A stretch of DNA of 63,974 bases, filler included, from Licmophora abbreviata (taxonomy: Eukaryota), in NCBI GenBank assembly GCA_900291995.1. It is 12 parts of 12 records of this genome, joined end to end, with 100 filler letters (N's around TTAATTAATTAA, not from the genome) between each part and the next. Parts side by side here need not be neighbours in the genome. Positions count along the whole stretch, not along the records: positions 42,030 to 57,358 come from OLMU01003350.1; positions 57,459 to 59,344 come from OLMU01003352.1; positions 59,445 to 61,494 come from OLMU01003355.1; positions 61,595 to 63,974 come from OLMU01003362.1; 8 more parts are not named here. One strand, 5' to 3'. The position numbers and the translations under genes were made by a program. The notes beneath the pieces are model-generated. The model was not told the origin of the DNA and made no database searches. It saw nothing but the letters and a program-made list of their open reading frames with translations. How positions within the stretch are numbered: the first letter of the stretch is position 1; every line of letters begins with the position of its first letter. Of the stretch, positions 53,204 to 63,974 are shown piece by piece.

Positions 53204-54109
53204 TCAGACGATCTCATTTTCGGACGGAGCTGAGACCACTTCAGTTGCCGTTGGAGGCTGCTCGGCTGCCGGCTGGATCGTCTGGAGAAGAGCGTTATTC
53301 TGACGCAACTCATCACGAATCTCCCGCAAGAGTGTCGACACACCTCCATCAGCACCACTCTGGGACGAAGAACCACCACGATCGGCCATTTCGAGCGCAG
53401 TCCCAGCGCGATCTGCCACTCCTCCCGTGCGCATACGCTTCATGGCCCACACGAGTTTCTTGAACGAATGAGGATCCCTGAGTCCTGCAATCTGCAACTC
53501 TTTCTTACCGCCATTTCCGCTCGAGGCAGTGTCGACGTTGACCGTCGAGAGGACGTTTTGAATGCAGCAGCATGTGTTTCCAGCTGGCTCTTCAATGTCG
53601 CAATCCGTGATTTTATCAAAGGGGACAGTCTTACTCGACCGTCCCTGATCCGTGCACGCCATCCCCCAGCACGAAGGACGACGATCACGGACGAAACGGA
53701 TCCCATCCTGCGTCACAGCGACGTGCTGAGCATTCACGGACCAACTCACGTTGCGACGCAGAAAGCATGGTACCAATCCTAACGTTAGAATGGTAAACAA
53801 AGGCGAATACAGAATTGTCGCTCCATAGCAAACCCAGCCAACGTTCGAGTAGTAAGACTGCATGAGTTCATAGTCAAAGTCGAAGACCGCTACAACGTCG
53901 TCGTCATCATCGAAGAAGTCATCTTGCCATTGCAAACGGCTGGCGAGGTCGGCCGGGAGAGGGTACTCGGGAGCGACTGCGCGGAGCGCAGGTTTGGTAA
54001 GGTCCATTGTTGGCTCAACGACTGCCGTCGCTACAGCTGTGTAGTGCACTCCATCGACCAGCGTGGAGGGGGCGTTCTTCTGGGAGTTCATTGCCATTTC
54101 CTTGCCCAT
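53204..54109 (-). CDS. Hypothetical membrane protein with a bacterial-PH-like (DUF304-type) region
   Basis: Hydrophobic hairpin followed by HVAVTQDGIRF..KTVPFDKITDCDIEEPAG..VDTAS..IAGLRDP..FK. Confidence 0.7.
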   Translation of the reverse strand: MGKEMAMNSQKNAPSTLVDGVHYTAVATAVVEPTMDLTKPALRAVAPEYPLPADLASRLQWQDDFFDDDDDVVAVFDFDYELMQSYYSNVGWVCYGATILYSPLFTILTLGLVPCFLRRNVSWSVNAQHVAVTQDGIRFVRDRRPSCWGMACTDQGRSSKTVPFDKITDCDIEEPAGNTCCCIQNVLSTVNVDTASSGNGGKKELQIAGLRDPHSFKKLVWAMKRMRTGGVADRAGTALEMADRGGSSSQSGADGGVSTLLREIRDELRQNNALLQTIQPAAEQPPTATEVVSAPSENEIV

Positions 54110-54526
54110 GATGGTGGTGATGATTGAAGTTCGTTGTGTGTCAAAGAGGTGAAACTGTGGGACGTTTTGGGAATTTGGAACGCGGAACTTCCAGGAGTAA
54201 GTCGTGATTGGAGAGTCGAAGGGCTCGTATATATACTTATCGCCATTCGTCGGTTTCTGTCGTATTAATTATCTTATTATGTCATGATTTAGCTAAAGAA
54301 TTCGAACTGAGCTCTAGCACGCCATCTGTTTGAGAGACATGCCATCACCTGGCCATCACCCCCCCCCCGCCTGATCGGCACTGTCGCGATGATGGAGAGG
54401 TGAGCAGTCACTCAGCTGTGCCACCCTCGTGAAACCCTCTCTCCTGGATTCCATCTCGACTTCCCAGCTGACAATCCAGACTAGCTAGTCTCTACTAGCA
54501 ACAGTGTAAAAGTCCACATCATTGCA

Positions 54527-55669
54527 ATGAAGAGAAACCACTGCTGCATGACGAGGGGGAGGATCGGAATTCTTTGGTCGCTCGTCGCGCTGCTCTTACC
54601 ATCAGAAAATGCGGCCGCCTTCTCACCGTCTTGGAGATCCACAGCAAGCACACTGAACCATCGATGCGTCACTTTTGAGAGAAGAATGCTCCTAGACCCT
54701 ACGCTCGCAAGTGTAGTGGCGGGGAGCGTCGCGGGCGTCGTGGGCAGCGGCGTGTCCCTACCCCTCGACAAGCTCAAGACGAGATCCCAGATTGTAGCAT
54801 CGTCGTCCGTGGAACCTCGCTCATCGTCGTCGCCGCGTTTGAGCCTTCTTGCAAGCTCACCGAGTCTTGAAGTCGCAATACCGTGGAGAAACGATACTAT
54901 GTTCAATGTAGTTCCACTGCCATCACTGATGGTATCGCCATCTCGGGCACCATCACCCACTGTCGACCTATTTCAGATAGCACAGGATATCTGGAGGACA
55001 GAGGGCTGGCAAGGCTTCTTTTCGGGTTGCCGTACTGTCATGATTGGAACTGGGATTCACAAGGCCATCGCATTTACTACAAATGCAAGCATGCTCGAAC
55101 TCTTGCGCTCTCACGGCTTCGACTCGTCCTCGGCGGTAGCTTTGCTAGTAGCAGCTTCGACCGCAGGTATTGTCGGGTCCTTTGTCTTGGCGCCCATGGA
55201 CAGGGTAAAGATCGCGTTACAGACCACTGGAAATTCTGTCTATACGTCTGAACTGGAATGTCTGTCTTGCCTCGTTCGCAAGGACGGTTGGGCAGGGCTA
55301 ATGGGCCGGGGCTTGGGAGCCACCATGATACGAGAGGTCCCATCGGAATGCATTTACTTTGGATTGTATGGCTTTCTCATGAGCACGACTTTCGCTGCCA
55401 CTCTAGGACCCTTTGCACCCTTGCTTTGTGGAGCAACTAGTGGCTGTGCGTCTTGGATACCAGTCTATCCCATTGACACAGTCAAGACACTACGGCAGAA
55501 CGCCTGCAGTGACAATGAAGACTCGTCGTGCTGGAGTATTGCACAGAAACTATACGAGGAGCGTGGCTTGGAAGGGTTCTTCGACGGCATTTCTCCGAGA
55601 CTGCTTCGAGCTGCTGTGGCGCATGCGATTACCTTTTACTGTTACGACCTTGTCATGTCGCTCGTGTAG
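54527..55669 (+). CDS. Mitochondrial carrier family (SLC25) protein with bipartite plastid-type presequence
   Basis: Three Px[DE]xx[KR] motifs (PLDKLK, PMDRVK, PIDTVK); EGWQGFFSG, DGWAGLMGRG, RGLEGFFDG; N-terminus ILWSLVALLLPSENAAA|FSP. Confidence 0.9.
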   Translation: MKRNHCCMTRGRIGILWSLVALLLPSENAAAFSPSWRSTASTLNHRCVTFERRMLLDPTLASVVAGSVAGVVGSGVSLPLDKLKTRSQIVASSSVEPRSSSSPRLSLLASSPSLEVAIPWRNDTMFNVVPLPSLMVSPSRAPSPTVDLFQIAQDIWRTEGWQGFFSGCRTVMIGTGIHKAIAFTTNASMLELLRSHGFDSSSAVALLVAASTAGIVGSFVLAPMDRVKIALQTTGNSVYTSELECLSCLVRKDGWAGLMGRGLGATMIREVPSECIYFGLYGFLMSTTFAATLGPFAPLLCGATSGCASWIPVYPIDTVKTLRQNACSDNEDSSCWSIAQKLYEERGLEGFFDGISPRLLRAAVAHAITFYCYDLVMSLV

Positions 55670-55912
55670 TAGTAGAAGTAACAGTAATACTACGATGCGT
55701 CTGAGACATGAAGCTAGATTCTTTGTCAAATGTCAAACACTTCAACAAAAGCGTTCAAACGAACGGGGTGGGGACAGGTGCGAAAAGATGTACAATACGC
55801 GCACGGTATCAACCGAACCAACTGGCTAAGTAGCGAGAGCCCAGCTCTCGTCACATGAAGTACCTTATCTAAGACGTAGCATGTACCCACTCCGATGCCC
55901 CCGGCAAACCAA

Positions 55913-57358
55913 TTAAGCTTCGATGCCATCGCCTGCACCACTATCCGTCGGTGCCTCTTCAGGTGGCTTCGAGTCAATATCACTAGTATCGACCGAGCCC
56001 TTAGCCACTACTCCAGTCGCTGCAATCCTGACCGTGTTGGTCTCAACAAGCTTCCTTCCATTAGGCATGGTGGTAACTTTTTCGATGACTTTGGTGCCAT
56101 CCGCCTGGATTGTCTCGGTAGTTTCGATGCGAGTGTGATCGTCAAGTGCCAACAGAGAGGACTTCTCTTCGTACAGGAAATCATCTTCGGCTGGAGGGCA
56201 GCAGCAACATGCGATTGTACGACCTGGCTCGGCGTGCCCTCCCCGCTGGCGCGTGATAAATGCCAGGACAGCAGCTACAAACCAAAGGCAACCAGCAACG
56301 ATGGGGCGGACCGATCCTTCTTTCCACGTACAGCCTGAGGTCTCGTTTTCATCGCAAGCGTCCGCCGCGTAGAGGACCAGAGAAAGGGGGGCCAAGACAC
56401 CACAGACTACGAAACAAATCCACATGGCTCTCCAGAAATTGCGCCTAAAGGCGGCGCACGTAGTTGCCCATGTGAGAACAACTGAAACCCCGCCGAGGGT
56501 ACTGGCAACAATGATGAAGGCGCTCGATGCTCGCTGGGCTCCGCCGAAGAGCTCTTCAACGTCATCCCAGAATCCACCGATGGACCTCTTAAAGTTGAAC
56601 CGCGCACAGGTATGGTATTGCGACTTGGTGAGAGCTGTCGTGCGATCGTTGAAGGGACCAAGATCGATGAAGAGGTTCGATTCTGTATCTGCATACGAAA
56701 TAGGGCCAACGTCCGTCTGAACGCCCGTGCACTTGACACCCTGGTCGTAAATAAGCTCAGTAGTACCATTCCTGACGGGGCAGGGATCAACGTGGTTCAC
56801 AATGAGAATGGCTTCACAAGGTCTTGCAATCTTGGAGAGCAGTCCAGAACGACGGCGGGTGCGTCCAGCGTAGGTTTTGAAGAATGGTCCCGAGTAATCT
56901 TCGTCGCATTGAAGACAGTCAGCAATAATACATTCCGGTGCAGGGCTGTTGTTCGGCTCCTTTTCGGCAGTGAATTCAACACAAGTATCAAAGCACTTGT
57001 CACGCGTTTGAAAAACATTGTACATCCACATGGTAGCACACGGCTGTGAACGACAGATGCAATGGCGTAAGTTTCGTGTAGCAGTCGCCATCAAGGTTCA
57101 TTCGATTCGAATCACACGTACGCGAGTATAGCCGGCATTCGCAAAGCAATCAATCCCAGCCTGTAGACTGAACAGACCAATGATGCCACATTCCTGTCCG
57201 AGGCTCGTCAAGTCTGGGTTCTCGACGTACACGGACAAATCCTGCAAAGAGCTACAAGTAGCACAGGACCCCCAGTGCGTAACATGGGCACCGTCCTCCT
57301 CCGCGGCAACCTTGGAAGGGTAGGTCTGCGTGCTGTACTGCGTAGGGCACTGATCTTC
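55913..57358 (-). CDS. Membrane protein: Cys-rich extracellular domain plus claudin-like TM region; intron 57044..57121; 5' end in gap
   Basis: Exon ..VTHWGSCATCSSLQDLSVY..GYTR splices to PCATMWMYN..CLQCDE.YSGPFFK.YAGRTRRRSGL; three clear TM segments; CCCCPP. Confidence 0.78.
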
Positions 57359-57992
57359 NNNNNNNNNNNNNNNNNNNNNNNNNNNNNNNNNNNNNNNNNN
57401 NNTTAATTAATTAANNNNNNNNNNNNNNNNNNNNNNNNNNNNNNNNNNNNNNNNNNNNCAGGGCGTTTGATCCTACTACATCTAAGACTACCAGCAGCTA
57501 TAGGTGTACGAGTAGTTATCAAGTCTACTTGCGAGTCGTCTTCTTCTTCTCGCTACCGGCGTCAACTTTTGCTTGAGCAGGTTCAAAGGTATCACTCGCC
57601 AAGTGGTCGTCATCGGTCACACTATTCGCAACTTGGTCATTTCTCTTCACCTTGGTAGGGTTGGGCTGCATTGCTGGGCTGTGCATCATGGAGCACTCGT
57701 ATTTGACAGTGTTTTCTGTGAGCTATTCCAGTGACGTCATTAGCTTGTTCTGCGGCCCAATCAGAGCGTATCCGGATGTCCTCCGAACGGAAGATGGGCC
57801 ATTTTAATAAGTCCCAACGCACTTTCGAACTTTCAACTTGTGAATGACTCCTGTGCCCCAGATCCACGAAAACGCGAACAAACGAACAACGCGTTCACGC
57901 ATTGCCTCTCAAGACAAAGGTCGAGCTGTAACACGACAGTTCCACTCTCTCATAGATAAGTTTCAAGCAAGTGTCCACCCGCAGCCGGATTC

Positions 57993-59297
57993 ATGATGTT
58001 TCATCGACGTCTACTCTTCTTGTATGGACTAGGTCTCCCTATCATAGTAGGAGTGCTGCGTTTTCAAAGCTTCTTGCTTCCCCATCAGAAAGGGTCGATG
58101 TACACAAGCGATGAAATGAAGGGCCCAACAAAGCGGACTTTACGGAATGCCACCAGCACACTTTCTGCTCCAGGATTTTACAATCTTGTCAATGAATGGA
58201 GGCAAACTGTGCTTGACAAGCTCACGCCAGTTGACCCCATCGTGCAAGAGTCTGAGGAGCTTGTAAGGGAGACAGAGCAGAATACTCGTACTTCATTTGC
58301 TGAGAATCAGTCCAGTCTCAGCGCGTCGTCATCGCAGCATTGGATTGCACCGTTCAATGGCACCGAATTCTTGGATTACGTGCGGCGTATCGACCAAGAG
58401 ATTGCAGCACAGCGAGAGAGGTTTTCGCAAGAGAACACCGCAGCTACTTGTCGATTCCCTTTGTACACAGGCGAGTTTGGTTACGAAATGGCGGGTATCA
58501 TCCCGTGGATTCATAATACTAGTCGATCTTGTCCAGTAGAGACAAGAGGGCTGACAGGCACGAAATACCTATATTACTTTTCAATGAGGCACGAGGTGGT
58601 TACTGACGGAACCAGTCGAGCGTTCGTTGGTTTTCCAAAGGAGTGCCCTTTCGGAGCCCCCTTTCGCCATTCACGATCTCCCCACTTTCACGACGCTAAG
58701 TTCCCAAAGCAGAATTGGACAATGCCTCTGTGGAAGCAACGCTTTCGCCGTGACGATGTTATTCTAAAGAAACCGTTGCTGATAATCTTCAACAAGTACA
58801 CTACGGAGTGGAACAAGGATCCCATCAATTTTATTGGGACTGACGCACTGAAGTCCTTGTTGGAGAGACTGACTCCTGAGTACTATGTGATATACCATCG
58901 ATTGGAAAGGAAAGAACTGGAAGATGAGAATTCTCCCATACGGGCATTTGATGACAAGGAAATGATACGAAACAGTTTCGTCGATGACGTCGTTGTTCTG
59001 GATGATATATCGGCAAACTTGTCGGCTGACGAGCTGAACTTGCTGATTCTTTCACTGGGTGCGCTATCCAGCAAGTTTATTAGCGTCCAAGGTGGGAATT
59101 CCGTTGTAGCTTCATTGTTTGGAGGTGACAACACAATCCTTTGCAAGAAAGGACACGAGCTTAAGTATGGCGACTACACATACTATCATCGATTTTCAGG
59201 CACCAAAATTAGCGTAGTAAGGACCGAAACGGCCTTGCTCAGAACGAATGGAGCCAGCACGCCACTGACCCAAAACGCAGTGAGGACTCGATGGTAA
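57993..59297 (+). CDS. Type II membrane protein, putative glycosyltransferase-like
   Basis: N-terminal TM, stem, then a globular domain with GEFGYEM, NKYTTEW..PINF and FISVQGGNS. Confidence 0.65.
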   Translation: MMFHRRLLFLYGLGLPIIVGVLRFQSFLLPHQKGSMYTSDEMKGPTKRTLRNATSTLSAPGFYNLVNEWRQTVLDKLTPVDPIVQESEELVRETEQNTRTSFAENQSSLSASSSQHWIAPFNGTEFLDYVRRIDQEIAAQRERFSQENTAATCRFPLYTGEFGYEMAGIIPWIHNTSRSCPVETRGLTGTKYLYYFSMRHEVVTDGTSRAFVGFPKECPFGAPFRHSRSPHFHDAKFPKQNWTMPLWKQRFRRDDVILKKPLLIIFNKYTTEWNKDPINFIGTDALKSLLERLTPEYYVIYHRLERKELEDENSPIRAFDDKEMIRNSFVDDVVVLDDISANLSADELNLLILSLGALSSKFISVQGGNSVVASLFGGDNTILCKKGHELKYGDYTYYHRFSGTKISVVRTETALLRTNGASTPLTQNAVRTRW

Positions 59298-59444
59298 TAG
59301 CAATCTTTTGCGAAGTACATTGTATGACCGATCCGAAGAACCACNNNNNNNNNNNNNNNNNNNNNNNNNNNNNNNNNNNNNNNNNNNNTTAATTAATTAA
59401 NNNNNNNNNNNNNNNNNNNNNNNNNNNNNNNNNNNNNNNNNNNN

Positions 59445-60603
59445 ATCGCACGGCAAGAAGACGCACTTGCGAATGCCTCATCCGCACTTGCCGTATGGGC
59501 CTGAGGCGGCAGATCAAATGACTCGATTTCTAGGTGTTTTCCTACCGATGCACTGGATCCATGCTGTTCGAGATTCTGGAACCTTTCGGAGTATCATTGA
59601 TGGGCTCATCACAGTGACGGCTCCCTCTCTTGTGCTATCGCACCCCTCGGCAGGACGTCACTTTGTCCGACTCAGCACTACTGGTCGTCGCCGTTTCCAG
59701 TACGGCCCACACCCAATGCAAGTCGTCGATGTGTTCTTTCCTCAGAACCACAAAAGCTCTAGCGTACCGCAGATCCAACCGCGGGGACTGGTGGTCTTTG
59801 TACATGGCGGTGCATGGGGGTCCGGTCTGCCATGGATGTACCGACTCGTGGCGCTTCCGTTCCTGGAGAGACTCGGCATGGCCGTCGCCATTGTTGGGTA
59901 TCGTACCTATCCTGACGCCAATGCCATGGGACAGGTGGATGATGTTGAACGGGCTTCTGCATTCCTGAAGTCAAAGTATCCATCCTTGTGTTGTCCCGAT
60001 GAAACTCCGTTCGGGACGTGTCTCATGGGACACTCGTCGGGTGCACATATTGGTCTGTTGCTACTTGTCCGACGAGTGGAACGGAACATACTTGGCAAAA
60101 GGACGACGCAAAAGAATACTGACAACGAGTTGATTCAATTTTCCTCCTTTGTGGGACTGTCGGGACCCTACGATATTTCACACCATTTCGACTTCGAGGC
60201 GGCACGAGGAGTCGAAGAACTCTCGCCGATGAAACCCGTGTGTGGTTGCTCGCGAGACGAGTTTCGACGCAACTCGCCCGCGCAACGATTGATGTTGGAA
60301 GTACTGCCCTACGTTTCCTCGAAAGGCGAAGCATCCATCCAGTCCCTCATGCCACAGATCCTGTTGTTACACGGTATTGAGGATACGACGGTGCCATTCA
60401 CGTCCACTTCCGAGGCGGCGCGAATATTGAGAGCATGCGGTCTCTGCAAGTGCGACGAAGTGTATGTAGCAGCGACTGGGCATCAAGACACAGTCATGCA
60501 TGTCATGCTCGGCGGTAGGTCTCAAGAATACGTCCTGGACTGGCTGCAGGACGAAAAGAGGTCTCAACGATACGGATCGCTTGCTATGAACAGCAGACTA
60601 TAG
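59445..60603 (+). CDS. Alpha/beta hydrolase, isoprenylcysteine methylesterase (ICME/PCME)-like; 5' end may be in gap
   Basis: VFVHGGAWGSG; YRTYP; GHSSGAH; LSGPYDI; HGIEDTTVP; GHQD. Confidence 0.87.
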
Positions 60604-60743
60604 ACAATGCGACCCGAGAAAAAGAGCAGCGCGTCCTATTGCATCGAAAATTAATTAAGCTTTACACTACAGCATAGATCATCCATTACTCTCAAAAGTA
60701 AACAAGCCGCAAGCAAAAGTTCCGCGTTTCACCACGATCAGCA

Positions 60744-61494
60744 CTAGATGTTCGGAGACAAACTGCTGAGATTAGCAAACGAGCCACTAGATTGCGTTGC
60801 AGACGTTTCCGTGACTCGCTTGTTCATTAGGTAGCCGTTGGCCGCGTCCGCCACGCCGCGACCCTCGTGAATGGCCCACACCACAAGACTTTGTCCACGA
60901 CGGCAATCACCACCGGCAAAGACGCCCTCGACACTAGTACGGTAGTCGCCGTGTAAGGCATGGATGTTGCTTCTTTGATCCATGTCAAGTCCAAGGTCTT
61001 TGATGATGTACTCTTCCGGGGCCACGAAGCCCATTGAGAGCACCACCAGGTCAGCGGGCCACTCCTTCTCGGATCCCTCAATCGCCTTCGGGCCCGAGCT
61101 GGTAATTTCGACATCCTGCGTCACCAAGCCCTTGAGGTTTCCATCGGCATCACCCACAAACTCCTTCGTCATGACCGAGAATACACGAGGATCTTTGCCA
61201 AACACTGCCTGAACTTCAGCATGTCCGTAATCGACACCAAACACCCGAGGCCACTGTGGCCATGGGTTGTCGGGAGCGCGGCCCATGGGCGGCTGAGGCA
61301 TGAGCTCAAAGTTCGTGACAGACTTGCATCGATGACGCATCGACGTTCCAATGCAATCAGTTCCTGTGTCTCCACCTCCAATTACAATTACGTCCTTTCC
61401 TGCGGCATTGATCCAATTGTCCTTCTCCCACCTCGACTCCAGAGTACCCTCCTTGGTCATCAAGAGGCGCTTCTGGTTCACAGTCAAGAATTCC
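60744..61494 (-). CDS. gltD: Glutamate synthase, C-terminal GltD (NAD(P)H-binding) domain; 5' truncated by gap
   Basis: [55 protein letters not shown]. Confidence 0.95.
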
Positions 61495-61594
61495 NNNNNN
61501 NNNNNNNNNNNNNNNNNNNNNNNNNNNNNNNNNNNNNNTTAATTAATTAANNNNNNNNNNNNNNNNNNNNNNNNNNNNNNNNNNNNNNNNNNNN

Positions 61595-62834
61595 AGAACG
61601 TGTCACCTTTAGCATTTTGGGAGGCCCCAACGGAGGACTCCGAAACATTGTCCGTCACTTTCGATCCTCCTGTTCGTCTGTGGCCACTTCGTCGGAAGAC
61701 GCATCGACAACAGCTCCCATACCTTCGTCGTTGTCGTCGTCCTCGACGGCAAGACTACGACAAAAACACCCCGTGCGTGTTTCCTTTGTCCCACTCGATA
61801 TGGACACTCCGCTAGAAGAACAACACGGTGGTCAGCTGGATGTGATTCTACACAAGCTGACGGAAGATATTCTCTGCATGTCCACCATTGAGAGTGATGC
61901 TACACTCAGCACTGACACTCCCTCTCAGGAGGACACGTATTCCCAAGCCATGGCACGAGTCCAACGACTCAATCAGTATCAACAAAATCATCCTCAGTGT
62001 TGTCTCATTGATCATCCGTCACACGTCCAGGTCGTCATGTCTCGTTCCGACATTGCCAACGTCTTGCAACGATCGCTCGTGGGAGTGACGAGTGCAAGCG
62101 GTCTTCCCGTGCGAACTCCACGATTCCAAGTGATTGGGAAACGAACGAACGGACGGTCCTTGGTAGAATCGACGACTGTCGTAGCAGATGCCGCCGCCAC
62201 GAATACGCATTTGCCCCTCCCACTCATTGCCAAGCCCTTGCAGGCAGCGGGGACGAAAACTTCTCACCGCATGGGTGTTGTCTTGCAACCAAGTGGCTTG
62301 TCCAAGGTCGATACGCCGTGCTTGCTGCAGGAATATGCCAATCACAATGCGACGCTTTTCAAGGTGTACGTGTTGGGATCCCATGTGAGCGTCTTTGAAC
62401 GACCGAGTCTGCCGAATCTGCCTCGAGATACGAGGGAATTGCAGGATTACGTGGAGTTTGATTCGCAACGGCCTTATCCAACCTTGGAGGAATTTGGGTT
62501 TGAGAGTAAGAGTGATGACACCACCAGGTCAACTACTTCTACCGAAAGTACGACGAACCTTCCATCTGTGGCCAAGCGACAGAAACTCCATCACCATGCG
62601 GGACGCCCAGTGACGGTTGAGGAAATTCGGCCCGTTGTGCAAGTACTAGCCAAGGCATTCGGACTGGAACTCTTTGGCTTTGACATTTTGGTCACCTCGG
62701 ATGCAACGGAACTGCTCGTGGTGGACGTCAATTACTTTCCGTCGTACAAGGAAGTGTCGAATTTTCCGTCGTTGCTGGCCAACTATTTGACGCAGCGAGC
62801 GATTGAAGGGCGCATGAAGCGTCGCGCAAAATGA
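61595..62834 (+). CDS. ITPK1: Inositol-tetrakisphosphate 1-kinase / Ins(1,3,4)P3 5/6-kinase; 5' end probably in gap
   Basis: DVILHKLTED; PLIAKP; QEYANH..LFKVYVLG; RPSLPNL; LFGFDIL; VDVNYFPSY. Confidence 0.92.
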
Positions 62835-62984
62835 AACAGCAATCTTGGGTGCAAGAGAGACACTCCCGAAAATTTAAGTATACTAATATAGATCACGAAG
62901 TCAAATTGTTACTTCGGTAGTCGCTCTGTGGCTGACTCTGATTGTTCTCTAGTAGGGAGGAGGGGGCAAATTCAAAATGCAGGG

Positions 62985-63974
62985 TCATGAAGCCTTCTTC
63001 TTAGCTTGGTCCCCCGTATGCATCTTCTTGGCCGCATGCTGTTGCTCTTCTCTCTCGACCGCTTGTCGGTGTTCCAAGTCGTGCTTGAACTTTCGAAGAT
63101 GCTTCTCGCTCTCCTCGCACGTTCCGCCTGGATGCACGAGCATCCAACGAGTTTGCTCTTCCAAGTATACGCCGACTGCAGGACCAGCCGGGAGCGTCAA
63201 GGTGTGAATCAAGTCACGGCCATTCAGGAGTGGTCTCATTTTCCAGCAACGATCCAGTTTCATGTTGACAATCGTCGTGTAGATTTTCTGTGACTGTCTC
63301 GTCCAGTGTTTCCCCACTGTCTGTTCGCGCAACTTGAGAATCGTGGCCACCAGCAGGACCGTCACCCAGTGCTCCTTGGTCTGTCTCAGCAACAGCCCGA
63401 GGTCCAAGCGACTCGGAATAAGCGGTGCATTTATGTCTCCTTCGCTGGCACATGCCATAATCGACATCATTTGCTCAACTGTTTCAACGATCGTGGTAAT
63501 GTCACTAATGTCCTTGTTCTTATACTTGACCCCATCCCGAAACATGTAGGCCACAATAGGTTGCAGTTTTCCCTTGGAATCCAAGTATTTCAAATGCCGA
63601 AAGGGCATCACAAAGACAGCCAAATGAAACAGTCGATCGTTCACGCGAGTTGCATCCTCCGGAAGGTTCAAGGTATCCATCGCTTCCACGTGAGCATCGT
63701 GGACTGAAGGAATGTGCGTCAAAAGCATGCGTGATTCCTCCCAGCCCACGGTAATTATTCTATCTTGCTCCTCCTTGCTGTACTCATGTCCTAGTAGGGA
63801 CCCCTGCAATAGAGTTCCGTTTGGCAGACAAAACACGCTTCGCGATAGTCCCAGTCGATCGATCGTATCGAGCGCTTTGGCAGGTTTCGCGCCCTTCCCG
63901 GACAACATTCCTTCAAGCTCTTTTCCTACTCGTTCCCGGCTAACTTTAAGGTGCAGTGAGTCGAGAACTTCTTG
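62985..63974 (-). CDS. CCA1: CCA tRNA nucleotidyltransferase, C-terminal part (continues beyond the window)
   Basis: ..ELEGMLSGK; RLDLGLLLR..KEHW; RPLLNGRDLI..L.L..GP.VG..W...HP is the typical class II CCA-enzyme tail. Confidence 0.75.
   Translation of the reverse strand, partial: QEVLDSLHLKVSRERVGKELEGMLSGKGAKPAKALDTIDRLGLSRSVFCLPNGTLLQGSLLGHEYSKEEQDRIITVGWEESRMLLTHIPSVHDAHVEAMDTLNLPEDATRVNDRLFHLAVFVMPFRHLKYLDSKGKLQPIVAYMFRDGVKYKNKDISDITTIVETVEQMMSIMACASEGDINAPLIPSRLDLGLLLRQTKEHWVTVLLVATILKLREQTVGKHWTRQSQKIYTTIVNMKLDRCWKMRPLLNGRDLIHTLTLPAGPAVGVYLEEQTRWMLVHPGGTCEESEKHLRKFKHDLEHRQAVEREEQQHAAKKMHTGDQAKKKAS

Noticed and set aside
9555..61594. Eleven TTAATTAATTAA palindromes, regularly embedded in N runs
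   Set aside because: Artificial six-frame-stop scaffolding linkers; not a repeat family, CRISPR array or recombination site.

Overview
This is eukaryotic nuclear DNA, most likely from a pennate diatom (stramenopile). The evidence is compact genes, short GT-AG introns, and bipartite plastid-targeting presequences with ASAFAP-type cleavage sites. The window is a scaffold of 12 contigs joined by 11 artificial 100-nt spacers (N44-TTAATTAATTAA-N44), so adjacency across gaps is not proven. About 30 host genes are recognisable. Plastid-related: GDT1-like transporter, fused PDH E1 alpha+beta, SAM methyltransferase, phytoene desaturase, PsbP-like, SLP phosphatase, FKBP, and a plastid-targeted mitochondrial-carrier protein. 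Mitochondrial or housekeeping: bL33, three bL12 paralogs, Psf1, OMA1-like peptidase, Pin1, ICME-like esterase, GOGAT fragment, ITPK1, CCA enzyme. There is also a MOV10/SDE3-like helicase and several mucin-like or Cys-rich extracellular proteins with neighbouring exostosin/sulfotransferase genes. A CpG-poor decayed island covers about 9.7-16.7 kb. The most notable element is a tyrosine-recombinase (DIRS/Ngaro-like) retrotransposon at about 26.1-30.4 kb. Its gag and RT ORFs are in the same frame, separated by a single UAG that is followed by a strong hairpin, which makes it a stop-codon readthrough candidate. It appears to be inserted just upstream of the MOV10/SDE3-like silencing helicase. All family calls come from motif recognition by eye; no searches were run.
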